A stretch of DNA of 29,921 bases from Gemmatimonadaceae bacterium (GCA_040902005.1 JBBDYA010000081.1:63827-93747), one strand, 5' to 3'; shown: positions 9,792-18,512, counted from the stretch's first letter. Notes: generated from the letters alone by a model not told the origin. Made by a program: numbers and translations.

Positions 9792-10095
9792 GGAGTAATC
9801 GGAGTCGGTTGGCGTGGCACGATGATCACCTGGCTGTCGGCTGGCACATGCATCTGAAGGCGGCGCTCGGCGATGGGCCCCAGGCGCGCCCGACTCGACG
9901 CGTCGCGAATCTCCGCTTCGAGCCTGATGCGAGCCGCATCCACTGCGTCCCGCCGCTCCGCGCGCTCCCGAATCTCCCGGGCCTGGCTGATGCCGAACGT
10001 TCTCCGAGCTATGACGCCCATGGCCACCACGAAGAAACCAAGCAAGAACAGCGCGATGAGGGAGCGCCCCCCCCCCCCCTGGTGCGCCTACCCAT
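9788..10095 (-). CDS. ftsL: cell division protein FtsL-like, apparently frameshifted at a G13 tract
   Basis: Lies between rsmH and ftsI. TM segment (RSLIALFLLGFFVVAMGVIA), coiled coil and C-terminal 'IAERRLQMHVP'. The likely ATG (10095, preceded by GGGGA) is out of frame with the body across the C13 run at 10067-10079. The first in-frame start is TTG at 10045, in mid-TM. Confidence 0.75.
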
Positions 10096-11038
10096 CGCTG
10101 TCGTCCCCGGCCCGGCGCCACGCGCGCAACCTGGCGCTGCGCGCCCTCGGATTCCCTTCGATCTCGGACGGTGCCGGCATGACCGCGCGCCGCGTCAGGG
10201 TCTGCCCGAGCGCCCGCCCGCGGCACGTGCACATGGGCTGTTTCGGGGGACACACACAGGCGGCGCTCCAGTCGCGAAAGGCATGCTTGACCAGCCGGTC
10301 CTCGCCGGAATGATACGTGATCACGACCATGACGCCGGCGTCACGGAGGCGGTCACGCAACGCGGGAAGCGCGTGCCGCAGCCCCTCCAGTTCGTCGTTC
10401 ACGGCGATCCGCAACGCCTGAAAGAGGCGAGCGAAATCGCCCGGGCCCGTGCGAGGGCCGAGCGCGCCCCGGATCGCTCGCACGAGATGATCACTGGTCG
10501 CGAAGGCCTCGGTGGCCCGCCGGCGAATCACTTCGCGCGCCAGACGGTTCGCACGCGGCTCGTCCGCATACTCCCGGAAGATCGTGGCCAGTTGGCCCTC
10601 GTCGGCGCTATTGAGCACGTCCGCCGCGGTGTCGCGTTCATCGCCCATGCGCATGTCCAGCGGCGCGCCCTCGCGGAAGGTGAATCCGCGCTCGATGGCA
10701 TCGAACTGCCGCGAGGAAACGCCGAGGTCCAGCAGGATGCCTTCGAAGCGCGTGTCGCCCCCCCCCAGCGCGCCGGATTCGTCCAGCGACGCGTAGTTCC
10801 CCAGGATGGCCCGGAATCGCCCAGACGGCTCGAAGGCTGCGAGGCGCGCGCGCGCCACGCGAATGGCGTCGGCATCCCGGTCCACCCCGACCACCAGGGG
10901 CACGCCCGCCTGGAGCAGCGCCTCGGCGTGGCCGCCGCCGCCCAGGGTACCGTCAAGCACGCTTTTCGCACTGCGCAGGAGCTCGACCACCTCAGTGGCG
11001 AGCACCGGCTGGTGATACCAGTCACCGGTGACCGTCAT
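10088..11038 (-). CDS. rsmH: 16S rRNA m4C1402 methyltransferase RsmH (MraW)
   Basis: HQPVL, DGTLGGGGHA, DRD, LDLGVSSRQFD, RGFTF, PLDMRM, FQALRIAVNDEL, YHSGEDRLVK and NPRARSARLR. ATG at 11038 is preceded by GGGGA. Confidence 0.96.
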   Translation of the reverse strand: MTVTGDWYHQPVLATEVVELLRSAKSVLDGTLGGGGHAEALLQAGVPLVVGVDRDADAIRVARARLAAFEPSGRFRAILGNYASLDESGALGGGDTRFEGILLDLGVSSRQFDAIERGFTFREGAPLDMRMGDERDTAADVLNSADEGQLATIFREYADEPRANRLAREVIRRRATEAFATSDHLVRAIRGALGPRTGPGDFARLFQALRIAVNDELEGLRHALPALRDRLRDAGVMVVITYHSGEDRLVKHAFRDWSAACVCPPKQPMCTCRGRALGQTLTRRAVMPAPSEIEGNPRARSARLRAWRRAGDDSDG

Positions 11039-11052
11039 GCGATTCCCCACAC

Positions 11053-12027
11053 ATGGCCGCACGCAAACACATCGCGCTGGTGACCCACGGCAAACGCGCC
11101 GACCGTCCGGACTTCCGGCACATGGTGTCGTGGGTGCGCGAGCGCGGCCATCACGTGGACGTGCGCGTGACGTTCGAGCGCGGGGATGGCGAATCTCTGG
11201 CGCGCGAGGCCGCCATGCGCGGCGCCGACGTGGTCGCCGCCGTCGGCGGCGACGGCACGCTGAACGAAGTCGTCAACGGACTCGACGGATACGACACCCC
11301 TCTGGGCGTGATACCACTGGGGACCGCGAACGACTTTGCACGCCAGGCCGGTATTCCCGCAGACGCGGATCATGCCATGGATGTTATCCTGCGCCGCAAC
11401 CCTGTGCGCATCGACACGGCGTCGCTGAACGGCCGGCGGTTTCTCAACATGTCCACCGGCGGGTTGGGCGCCGAGGCAACGGCGGAAACGCCGCCGGAGG
11501 CCAAGCAGGCCCTCGGCGCCTTTGCCTATGCGATCACGGGGTTGCGAAAGCTCGCGGACTTCGAATCCCACCACGCGGTGTTCCGCGGCGGCGGGTACGT
11601 GCTGGACTGCGACTTCATGATGTTCGCGGTGGGAAGCGCTCTCGAGTCAGGCGGTGGCACGCTGGTGACGCCGCACGCGTCCACCACCGACGGCCTGCTG
11701 GATCTGTGCGTGTTCGCGCGCATGAACCGGCGCGAGTTCGCGCGCACCGTGATGCTGCTGCGGCGCGGGGAGCACGTGGGCGCGGCCGGCGTGCATTACG
11801 TGCGGCTGCCGGAGTTCACGATCGAAAGCCAGCGGCCCATGAGCGTGAACGTGGACGGCGAGGTGTCCAACGACGCCCGACTCCACTATCGCGCGCGCGC
11901 GCGCGACCTCTGGGTCCACGTGGTGAACCTGCCGGGCGAGACGACGCGAACGCCCGAGACCAGAAAACGCGACGCCCGGAACGCAACCAGCGCCGGCAAA
12001 CCGGTGCGCGGCCGCGCGAAGAAATGA
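11053..12027 (+). CDS. YegS/Rv2252/BmrU-family (diacylglycerol kinase-like) lipid kinase
   Basis: GGDGTLNEVVNG, PLGTANDFAR, FLNM, DGLLD and VNVDGE motifs. Confidence 0.9.
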   Translation: MAARKHIALVTHGKRADRPDFRHMVSWVRERGHHVDVRVTFERGDGESLAREAAMRGADVVAAVGGDGTLNEVVNGLDGYDTPLGVIPLGTANDFARQAGIPADADHAMDVILRRNPVRIDTASLNGRRFLNMSTGGLGAEATAETPPEAKQALGAFAYAITGLRKLADFESHHAVFRGGGYVLDCDFMMFAVGSALESGGGTLVTPHASTTDGLLDLCVFARMNRREFARTVMLLRRGEHVGAAGVHYVRLPEFTIESQRPMSVNVDGEVSNDARLHYRARARDLWVHVVNLPGETTRTPETRKRDARNATSAGKPVRGRAKK

Positions 12028-12035
12028 GCCAATGC

Positions 12036-12068
12036 AAAAGGAGAATGGGCTTCCCCATTCTCCTTCTT
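12036..12068. terminator. bidirectional intrinsic terminator between convergent genes
   Basis: Perfect 12-bp stem AAGGAGAATGGG (12038-12049), CTTC loop, CCCATTCTCCTT (12054-12065). The tail is TTTTGCATT on the minus strand and TTCTT on the plus strand. Confidence 0.8.
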
Positions 12069-12086
12069 CCGCCACGCGCTCGCGGA

Positions 12087-13838
12087 CTATCGACAGTACT
12101 GCGTAACCATCTGATCGGCGGCGGGTGAATACTGCGCCACGTAGCCGAGCACCGTCCGCGCCGTCGCCGCGTCCACCGAGCCCCCCGCCGGCATGTTCAT
12201 CTGCGTGAGCACGAACATGTCCTTCGCCTGCCGGGCCAACCCGCAATTCCTCCGCGCCTGCGCGTCCTGGAGCGACGCAATCGCGACATTCAGCGAGGTG
12301 ACGCCGATGAAGAACTTCGCCGTCGCCGACGGCGCCAGGCTGTCGGACGCCTGCGCAAATCCCAGCGCGCGGCGGTACTCCGTCACCGTCTTCACCGAGT
12401 CCGCATACTTGTACACCGCCTGCGTGGGTTGCAGCAGGAAGGTGCCCCAGGTCTGGCGATCCTCTCCCGCCGCCACGGCCCGGCGCGTCAACGCGAGCGC
12501 CGAGTCCGGCCGGTTCAGTTCCATGAAGATTGCGCCGAGCATCAACGTGCCGTTGAGCGTCCGGGGATCGATCGACAGAGCGCGCCGGATGGACTGCTCG
12601 GCCATCTGCAGCTGTCCAGCGCGACGTTCCGCCTGCGCCTTCAACGCCCAGAAGGATGCGCGCTGTGGGTATCGCTGCGTGGCGCGCGACGTGATCTCCA
12701 CCGCGCGCAGTGGATTCTCCGTGACGCCCTGCGCGGCGGCAATCTGGCGCTCGAAGTACGCCGTATCGGCCAGCGTCGAGTCGCCGCGCACCATGGCCAT
12801 CCCCGCTGCGACGGCCTTGTCGAACCAGGCCGACCGCGATGACGGCACGGTATCCGCCGCGGCCGCGTTCAGCGTCAGCAGCCAGCGCTGGCGCATCAAC
12901 TGCGGGTCGCCCGGATTCTTCGCGATGAGCGAGTCCACGAGCGGAAGCGCCACTTCCGGCTTGCCCAGTTGCGCCAGCGCCGTGACCACCTGGCCCTGGA
13001 GCGTGGGGTTGTTGGGCTCGAGTTCCATCAGGGACAGGAGCGAGCGCACGGCGCTCTCATTGTCACCCTTGATCTCCTGGGCGGCGTACGCCAGCCGCAA
13101 TGCGACCGTGCTCCTGGGATCCAGCCGGCGAACCTCTCCCACGATCCGGAGCACCTCGTCCGCCGTGCGAATCCTGGTCGCGGAATCCTGGCTGGCCATC
13201 ATCGCCTGATAGGCGCTGGCCATGCAGAGGCGGGCTATCGTCGCGATGGGGTACTTCTCCACGGCCGCCCGCGCGGCTGCAATCGCCCTGTCGAACGCAC
13301 CGTCACGGATTCCGTTCTCGCACGCCTGGTTGTCGGCGAGCTGCCTGCGAGCGTCCTCGTACGCGCGTTCCACCTGACGCGCCAACGCACCGACGTTGCC
13401 GCCCTCCGCTGCCGGCAGGGCCTGGGCGATCGTGACGTCGCGCGCGAGCATCATGCGCGGCTCGATCCGGAGATTGTCCCCCCTGCGCGTCACGTGCCCG
13501 CCGATCACTTCATCGGCACGGAGCCCCTTGGCCAGCGCTTCCAGGTCGGTCATGCCGAGCGAGGAATCGGGCCGGTATCCCGACCCCTCCAGATAGGTGG
13601 TGATCTGTTCCTTGTGGATCACCGTGATCTGGCGCGGATTGATGCCGGCCAGGATGCGCGAACGGATCGCGTCCGAGACTTCGACGCCTGCCGCGCGATC
13701 GCCGCTGAACACCACGACGAGGACTCGGGGCGCCTGCGGGTTGACCGTCCGCGTTTGAGCCTCGAGGGCGGCCGGCGCGGAACACAACCCGAACGCCAGT
13801 GCGACCGCAGTCGTTGCACGTCGCTGATTCACCTTCAC
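12087..13838 (-). CDS. exported TPR-like alpha-helical repeat protein
   Basis: Strong GGAGGT RBS 5 nt before the GTG. Signal-peptide-like N-terminus (basic, hydrophobic, ALEA/Q). TPR-like units end in LDP, LEP, KNP, RYP and IDP. Confidence 0.8.
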   Translation of the reverse strand: MKVNQRRATTAVALAFGLCSAPAALEAQTRTVNPQAPRVLVVVFSGDRAAGVEVSDAIRSRILAGINPRQITVIHKEQITTYLEGSGYRPDSSLGMTDLEALAKGLRADEVIGGHVTRRGDNLRIEPRMMLARDVTIAQALPAAEGGNVGALARQVERAYEDARRQLADNQACENGIRDGAFDRAIAAARAAVEKYPIATIARLCMASAYQAMMASQDSATRIRTADEVLRIVGEVRRLDPRSTVALRLAYAAQEIKGDNESAVRSLLSLMELEPNNPTLQGQVVTALAQLGKPEVALPLVDSLIAKNPGDPQLMRQRWLLTLNAAAADTVPSSRSAWFDKAVAAGMAMVRGDSTLADTAYFERQIAAAQGVTENPLRAVEITSRATQRYPQRASFWALKAQAERRAGQLQMAEQSIRRALSIDPRTLNGTLMLGAIFMELNRPDSALALTRRAVAAGEDRQTWGTFLLQPTQAVYKYADSVKTVTEYRRALGFAQASDSLAPSATAKFFIGVTSLNVAIASLQDAQARRNCGLARQAKDMFVLTQMNMPAGGSVDAATARTVLGYVAQYSPAADQMVTQYCR

Positions 13839-13921
13839 GATTGACCTCCAAATTCGGTAAGCAGATCTACCCGAGTGACTTGCTTCGGTTCCGGCAAAAC
13901 AGGTGTTACCAGCGCAATGAG

Positions 13922-13995
13922 TGGGCGAAGAGGGACTCGAACCCCCGACTTCCTGCGTGTAAGGCAGGCGCTCTAACCAACTGAGCTATTCGCCC
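13922..13995 (-). tRNA. tRNA-Val (anticodon TAC), CCA not encoded
   Basis: GGGCGAATAGCTCAGTTGGTTAGAGCGCCTGCCTTACACGCAGGAAGTCGGGGGTTCGAGTCCCTCTTCGCCCA. Acceptor GGGCGAA/TTCGCCC, anticodon stem CCTGC/GCAGG around CTTACAC, T-loop GTTCGAG. Confidence 0.97.
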
Positions 13996-14079
13996 CAGCG
14001 ACGACTCGCGGGAATCCGACACGGGACGAGAGTCGACGTGCATCAAATACGAAGCCGGAAGCACGTCAGCACGCCCGGG

Positions 14080-14256
14080 TTACGAGCGGAGAATCGCGAC
14101 GGGAACCAGCACGCAATAGCCAACCACAAGGAGGACCGGGGCGAGGTTCATCCCGCCCCGGGCAAGGTCCGCATATCCGATCGCCAGCGCCAGGAGCGCG
14201 AGTCCCCACCACAGAAGCGGACGCGAGCGCGGAATGGAGGTTTCGGTGTCAGCCAT
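14080..14256 (-). CDS. small 58-aa two-TM membrane protein (not in ORF track)
   Basis: Hand translation: MADTETSIPRSRPLLWWGLALLALAIGYADLARGGMNLAPVLLVVGYCVLVPVAILRS*. Two hydrophobic stretches, directly behind a consensus promoter. Confidence 0.75.
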   Translation of the reverse strand: MADTETSIPRSRPLLWWGLALLALAIGYADLARGGMNLAPVLLVVGYCVLVPVAILRS

Positions 14257-14265
14257 GAGCAGAGT

Positions 14266-14294
14266 AGCATATCGGCGCCGGAAAACAGTGTCAA
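14266..14294 (-). promoter_or_regulatory. sigma70-type promoter TTGACA-N17-TATGCT
   Basis: Minus strand: TTGACA (14294-14289), 17-nt spacer, TATGCT (14271-14266), then 9 nt to the ATG at 14256. Confidence 0.75.
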
Positions 14295-14324
14295 CTTCAA
14301 ATGCCGCCGCGCGTTACGATTCCA

Positions 14325-15257
14325 TTAAGGCCGCTCCCCGGGATCATTCTCCCCGAGGAGGTCCTTGAGAGCACTTTCCCGCTCGGCGCGGTCCGCCGCT
14401 TCGTCCGCCACACGCATGCTCGCCAGCCGCCGGCGATCGCGGCGTCGGCGCGCAACGTACAGGGGTGTCAGCAGGAACAGGAAGAGCAGCGCCGCCAGCG
14501 TCACGTTGCTCGCCAGCGCCAGCGCGCCGTACTGCCGGCGCGTCTGCTGACGCCAGCGCTGCTCGAAGCCGGCGAGCGTCATTCCGTGCGCCCGGCGCAT
14601 CGCGGTGTCGAGGGAGCGGGTGTCCCTCCAGTAGCCCAGCAGCAGGGAGAGTCCGTGATCGGGACTGGCCCGCGCCAGCTCCGCGACCGCGCGATACGAG
14701 AGGGCATAGGCTGACTGCGCGGCGGTGGTGCCACCGGAGAAGGATGCTTCCAGCTCGTCCAGCGTGGGCATGCCGCGCAGCGCCAGGGCGAGGTTCGTCA
14801 TCAGCACCTCCTCGCGGCCCCATTCGCCGGCGGCGTAGCTGGCATAGCCCTCATCGAACCAGCGGGGCGGCAGGTTACCGAGATATTCGTGCAGCGCGAG
14901 GTGCGCCAGTTCGTGGCGCAGCACCGAGAGCGGATCGCCCGCGTCAGAACCCGATCGCTGGCCCTGCATCACGATGCGGCGGAACTCGGGAAACGCGACG
15001 GCGCTCCCCCATTCCGGAGTCGCGTCGCCAGCCCATTCGCGGAATCGCCGGTAGTCGGGCGCGATGGCGATGGTCACCCGCTGCTGCGGGCGCGGCATGC
15101 CCGGAAAGGTGTCGGTGGCGAGTGCGTGGGTCGCCAGCGACGACGCGAGGGTGCGGTCCCGCTCGAAATAGAGAAACTGGAAGCGCCCGCGGTCGAGGCG
15201 CTCCGGGGTGGTCTGGCCCTGAATGCGGAGCGGCAGCGCGAGGAGACTCCCCAGCAC
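14325..15257 (-). CDS. membrane-anchored HExxH metallopeptidase (peptidase MA-like/gluzincin domain); start uncertain
   Basis: LRHELAH plus downstream PRWFDEGYA. Hydrophobic N-terminus, and a C-terminal TM followed by RRRRDRRR. GTG at 15257 is the first start codon after the upstream stop. Confidence 0.75.
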   Translation of the reverse strand: MLGSLLALPLRIQGQTTPERLDRGRFQFLYFERDRTLASSLATHALATDTFPGMPRPQQRVTIAIAPDYRRFREWAGDATPEWGSAVAFPEFRRIVMQGQRSGSDAGDPLSVLRHELAHLALHEYLGNLPPRWFDEGYASYAAGEWGREEVLMTNLALALRGMPTLDELEASFSGGTTAAQSAYALSYRAVAELARASPDHGLSLLLGYWRDTRSLDTAMRRAHGMTLAGFEQRWRQQTRRQYGALALASNVTLAALLFLFLLTPLYVARRRRDRRRLASMRVADEAADRAERESALKDLLGENDPGERP

Positions 15258-15268
15258 CAGACTGAGGA

Positions 15269-16129
15269 CTAGGGCTCGCCCCCCTCCTCGACCGTCTTGA
15301 GTGCTTCCGCGCAGCGCTTCCCCCACGGGTTGAACTTGTTTGCCGCGAATCCGTCGCGCCACGCCTGCATCCCCTCGTCCTGCTGCCCGTTGAACCAGAA
15401 GGCCTTGCCCAGCTCGTAGTACGCCTCGATCAGGTTCGGACCGAGCACGAGCGTCTTCTGAAAGAACGTCTGCGCATCCTCGAACATGTCGCGCTCGAGA
15501 TAGACCAGTCCAAGATAGAAGTGCGCGTACAGCGTTGCCTTCTTGTCGTTGTCCAGGCGGATGGCGCGCGACAGATGCTCGATGGCCTCACCGAAGATCT
15601 TCTTCTTCAGGCAGATGTAGCCGACGTTGATGCGCGCGAGCGCGTTCTGGGGCTCGCGCGTCAGCACCTTCTGGAACCAGAGCAGGGCGTCGTCGTACTT
15701 CTCCTGGAGCATCAACGCCCAGCCGAGCAGCGCCTCGGACTGCGGCTGGTTGGGCGACAGCTCGATGGCTTTCAGGAGGGCCTGCTCCGCCGCGGGATAG
15801 TCGCCGAGCGACAGGCGACTCCAGCCCTTTTCGATGAACGTCGACGCGCCGATGTGGTCCGCGTGCACGATGGGCTTCTCGGCGCTGAATTCCGGCGCGA
15901 GCGTGGCGCCCGCCTGCATCGCCTTCCACTTGTCCACCAGCTTCTTGACGTCGTCCTTGAGCGCGGTGAGGTCCGCCATCTCCTGCTCGATCGATCGGAA
16001 GAAGGAGATGATCTCGACTTTCAGCGCGTCCCGCTGCGCGAGCGCGTCGGGGGCGTCGAGCCTGGCGTCGAGGTTGTTGAGGGTGGCGCGATGCGCGGTA
16101 ATGGCGCGCGCGACGATCTGCTCAGACAT
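15269..16129 (-). CDS. TPR protein with N-terminal coiled coil
   Basis: Starts MSEQIVAR (ATG 16129, 8-nt overlap with cheB). Heptad-like N-terminus followed by about 5 TPRs (LSPNQP, REPQNA, LDND, LGPNL). Confidence 0.85.
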   Translation of the reverse strand: MSEQIVARAITAHRATLNNLDARLDAPDALAQRDALKVEIISFFRSIEQEMADLTALKDDVKKLVDKWKAMQAGATLAPEFSAEKPIVHADHIGASTFIEKGWSRLSLGDYPAAEQALLKAIELSPNQPQSEALLGWALMLQEKYDDALLWFQKVLTREPQNALARINVGYICLKKKIFGEAIEHLSRAIRLDNDKKATLYAHFYLGLVYLERDMFEDAQTFFQKTLVLGPNLIEAYYELGKAFWFNGQQDEGMQAWRDGFAANKFNPWGKRCAEALKTVEEGGEP

Positions 16130-17183
16130 GGTGGTACAATATGTAACGGGTGATGGCGGCCGCCATGTCGGGGAGCGACACGACCAGATCCGCGCCAGCC
16201 AGCTGCAGCGCGGCCTGCGGCATTCCATAGATAGTGCAGCCGGCCCGGTCCTGGACCAATGCGCGCCCGCCCGCCGCCCGAATGGCCCGCAGTCCCTCCG
16301 CGCCGTCGCGCCCCATGCCCGTGAGCACGACACCGACGCAGCGCTCCCCGAAGGTGCCGGCCAGTGAGAGAAAGAGCGGATCCGCCGCCGGTCGCACGCC
16401 CCACACCGGCGGATCGTCGCTCAAGGCGATCCGCGCATCCTCGCGCCCGCCCACCAGCCGCATGTGGTGGCCGCCGGGCGCCAGATACACGCGTCCGGCC
16501 TGGAGCGTGTCGCCGTGCGCCGCCTCCCGAACGGGCAGCGGGCAGCTCGCGTCGAGCCGCTGCGCGAGGCTGCGCGTGAAGCCGGCGGGCATGTGCTGCA
16601 CGATCAGCACGGCCGCGCGCAAGTCGCCCGGGAGCTGCGGCATCAGCTCGGACAGCGCGCGCGGGCCGCCGGTGGACGTCGCGATGGCGACCACGCTCAG
16701 GGCCGGCTGACCCTCCACCGTGCGCGGAGCGCGCGCCGTCGCCGGCGCGGCGACGCGGCCCGCCAGCCCCGCGAGGTTGGCCTCACGGGCAGCGCGCAGC
16801 GCATCGAGCAACCGATCGCCCACCCTGGCCAGGTCCACGCTGACGGGACCCGACGGCTTGCGCACGAAATCCACGGCGCCCAGCTCCAGCGCGCGAAGCG
16901 TGAGGTCCTGTCCATGCGCCGTGGTTGCCGCGCTCAGCATGACCACGGGCCGCGGTGCCTCGCGCATGAGTCGCTCCAGCGTCTGGATGCCGTCGAGTTC
17001 CGGCATCTCGATGTCGAGCGTGACGATGTCGGGGTTCAGCGCCGCCACCTGCTTCAGCGCGTCGAGACCATTGCGGGCCGTGCCGATCACGCGGAATTCG
17101 TCGCACGCGCCGATGATTTCCGCGATCGTGCGCCGCATGAAGGAACTGTCGTCGACCACCAGCACCGAGGCCCTAGAGGACAT
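16122..17183 (-). CDS. cheB: chemotaxis response regulator methylesterase CheB
   Basis: Receiver domain VLVVDDS, TLDIEMP and FVRKP; esterase motifs TSTGGP, VQHMPAGFT and LTGMGRDGAEG. Confidence 0.95.
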   Translation of the reverse strand: MSSRASVLVVDDSSFMRRTIAEIIGACDEFRVIGTARNGLDALKQVAALNPDIVTLDIEMPELDGIQTLERLMREAPRPVVMLSAATTAHGQDLTLRALELGAVDFVRKPSGPVSVDLARVGDRLLDALRAAREANLAGLAGRVAAPATARAPRTVEGQPALSVVAIATSTGGPRALSELMPQLPGDLRAAVLIVQHMPAGFTRSLAQRLDASCPLPVREAAHGDTLQAGRVYLAPGGHHMRLVGGREDARIALSDDPPVWGVRPAADPLFLSLAGTFGERCVGVVLTGMGRDGAEGLRAIRAAGGRALVQDRAGCTIYGMPQAALQLAGADLVVSLPDMAAAITRYILYHHV

Positions 17184-17676
17184 GCGTTCCCCGTCGCAGC
17201 GTCCGGACCTCGAGCGCGCCATCGGCGATCCGGAACAGGACGCTGCGCCCCTGGTCGCCGCCGGTGTCCTCCGCAATCAGTGGAATGCCCGCGGCGCGCA
17301 GCGCGTCCCGCGCGGCCAGCACGTTCCGTTCGCCCACGTTGATGCCACTGGTGGCCAGCAGATTCGCGAACATGCTGGCCCCGCCGGCGAGCTTGGCCTG
17401 AAGCCGGCCAGGGATGGCGCCGCGGCCGCGCAGCGCCTCGACCATCGCGGGCACGGCGGTCTGGGCGAACTTGGCCGGATTGGTCACGTCCGTGGACATG
17501 GACGGATCCGGAAGCAGCACGTGCGCGAGCGCGCCGATCCCGGCCGAGGGGTCATGCATCGCGATCGCCACACACGAACCGAGGCCGATCGTCGAGATCA
17601 CCCCGTGAGTCGCGACCACGAATTGCGCGACGCGCACGCGGTGCTCGACCGCCGGCGGCAGCGGCGCGGCGCTCAC
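17173..17676 (-). CDS. cheD: chemoreceptor glutamine deamidase CheD
   Basis: TIGLGSCVAI, AHVLLP, AKLAGGASMF, NVGERN and EDTGG..GRSV. Confidence 0.94.
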   Translation of the reverse strand: MSAAPLPPAVEHRVRVAQFVVATHGVISTIGLGSCVAIAMHDPSAGIGALAHVLLPDPSMSTDVTNPAKFAQTAVPAMVEALRGRGAIPGRLQAKLAGGASMFANLLATSGINVGERNVLAARDALRAAGIPLIAEDTGGDQGRSVLFRIADGALEVRTLRRGTHVL

Positions 17677-18512
17677 GCCCGGCGAAAGATCCGCTCACGC
17701 GCGTCCACCGGCGCGAAGTGTTTTCGCATGGGACCGAACAGCGTCTCGACCTTGCCGAAGACGAGGAACCCGTTCGGCGCGAGCGCGGCGTGGAAGGACT
17801 CGAACAGCCGCTCCTGCGACTCCCGATCGAAGTAGATGAGGACGTTGCGGCACACGATGAGTTCGAGCCGCGCAAGCGGCGGGCCGTCGGAGAGCAGGTC
17901 GCCCACGCGGAAGCGCACGAGCCGGCGCACGTCGGGATCGAGGCGGAAGGGCGGGTCCGGCGCGAAGTACCGGGCGCGCAGATCCGCGGGCGTGTCGGCG
18001 AAATCCGCCTCGGCGAACTCGGCGCGGCGCGCCACGTCCAGGATCTGCCGGTCCACATCGGTACCGACGATGTGCAGCCGCGACAGCCGCTCGGTCGTGC
18101 CGGTCGCATGGGCGTACCGGTGAAACAGCGCCGCGAGCGAATACGCCTCATGCCCCGCGGCGCACCCGGCGCTCCACACGCGCACGTCACCGTGGGCTGC
18201 GTCCTCCCAGAGCGCGGGCACCACCTTCGCCTCGATGGCGGCGTACGCGTCCCAGTTGCGAAAGAGCTTCGTGACGTTGATCGTCAGCACCTGCATCAGG
18301 CGCTCGTATTCCGCGGTGTCCTCGTCCAGCAGGCGCGCGTACTCCGCGTACCCGAGCACGCCACGCGCCCGCATCCGCACCCCCACGCGCCGCTTGAGGC
18401 ACCGCTCCTTGTAGCTGGCGCAGGCAAAGCCGCGATCGCGCGTCACCTTGCGCATCAGGTCCGCGAATCCGTCGTCCGGCGCGCGCGTCGCCGGTGAGTC
18501 CGCGGTGGTCAT
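17673..18512 (-). CDS. cheR: chemotaxis methyltransferase CheR
   Basis: YKERCLKRR, LTINVTKLFRN, VWSAGCAAGHEAYSLA, GTDVD and IVCRNVLIYFD. ATG at 18512 overlaps the upstream stop (ATGA). Confidence 0.94.
   Translation of the reverse strand: MTTADSPATRAPDDGFADLMRKVTRDRGFACASYKERCLKRRVGVRMRARGVLGYAEYARLLDEDTAEYERLMQVLTINVTKLFRNWDAYAAIEAKVVPALWEDAAHGDVRVWSAGCAAGHEAYSLAALFHRYAHATGTTERLSRLHIVGTDVDRQILDVARRAEFAEADFADTPADLRARYFAPDPPFRLDPDVRRLVRFRVGDLLSDGPPLARLELIVCRNVLIYFDRESQERLFESFHAALAPNGFLVFGKVETLFGPMRKHFAPVDARERIFRRA

Noticed and set aside
6198..9857. Long plus-strand ORFs (1219 aa here; also 25073-28075, 20173-22086, 3385-4782)
   Set aside because: They are antisense shadows of well-supported minus-strand genes in high-GC DNA, rich in Arg/Ala/Gly and without recognisable motifs.
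11021..11032. Perfect 12-bp palindrome GTCACCGGTGAC near the rsmH start as an operator
   Set aside because: It is a single copy inside coding sequence in GC-rich DNA and cannot be distinguished from chance.
11053..12086. Excludon-like readthrough from the TPR gene across the kinase into dcw
   Set aside because: A strong hairpin with a minus-strand U-tract at 12036-12065 should stop that transcript.
13922..13995. tRNA-Val as the integration site of an island carrying the che-mgl operon
   Set aside because: No integrase, no duplicated tRNA 3' end seen, no obvious compositional shift, and the operon lies on the tRNA's 5' side.
14038..14328. 96-aa plus-strand ORF
   Set aside because: It is antisense to the better-supported 58-aa membrane protein and its promoter, and has no motifs.
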